DNA of 25,856 bases from a virus (lineage: Duplodnaviria > Caudoviricetes): IMG/VR virus record IMGVR_UViG_3300020379_000113, positions 1 to 25,856 of that record; one strand, 5' to 3'. Position numbers and translations under genes: made by a program. This document shows, piece after piece, positions 25,715 through 25,856 of the stretch. Under the pieces are notes generated by a model, which was not told the origin of the DNA, did no database searches, and saw only the letters and a list, made by a program, of their open reading frames with translations. How positions within the stretch are numbered: position 1 is the stretch's first letter; every line of letters begins with the position of its first letter.

Positions 25715-25856
25715 TTAATACCTCTGGTTGAATAGTTTCAGTTTTCTCTTCAGTGTCTTTAATCTTTTCGATTTTTTGTTCGTAAGCTTGTTGCAATCCT
25801 GGTTCTGGATTACTGATAGTCATAACACTATCATATGGAATCTTGAATTGCCAATC
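25707..25856 (-). CDS. Partial hypothetical protein (3' end), same Sm-like pattern
   Basis: Read by hand: DWQFKIPYDSVMTISNPEPGLQQAYEQKIEK...VLND, stop at 25707-25709. Confidence 0.75.
   Translation of the reverse strand, partial: DWQFKIPYDSVMTISNPEPGLQQAYEQKIEKIKDTEEKTETIQPEVLND

Overview
A 25.9 kb segment of a T4-like marine cyanomyovirus genome, with all supported genes on the minus strand. In transcription order it carries three Sm-like paralogues, gp43 polymerase, uvsX, gp41 helicase and mazG. A late-promoter block follows, holding a nuclease-like, a ligase-like and an HxGH nucleotidyltransferase-like gene, putative internal-head proteins and an Ig/Hoc-like protein. Next come gp61 primase, nrdA, nrdB, pcyA, a GIY-YIG nuclease and a cell-wall hydrolase, four tRNAs with two structured RNA elements, talC, glutaredoxin, an orphan Phd-like antitoxin and two fibre-type genes. 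The best leads are: (1) the coupled nuclease/ligase/nucleotidyltransferase-like operon behind an SD-sequestering hairpin that contains a late promoter; (2) a kissing-loop RNA between tRNA-Leu and tRNA-Val; (3) a double-pseudoknot manA-like RNA whose terminator abuts tRNA-Gly; (4) an overprinted membrane ORF in frame with the cell-wall hydrolase. Family calls come from motif recognition by eye; no searches were run.
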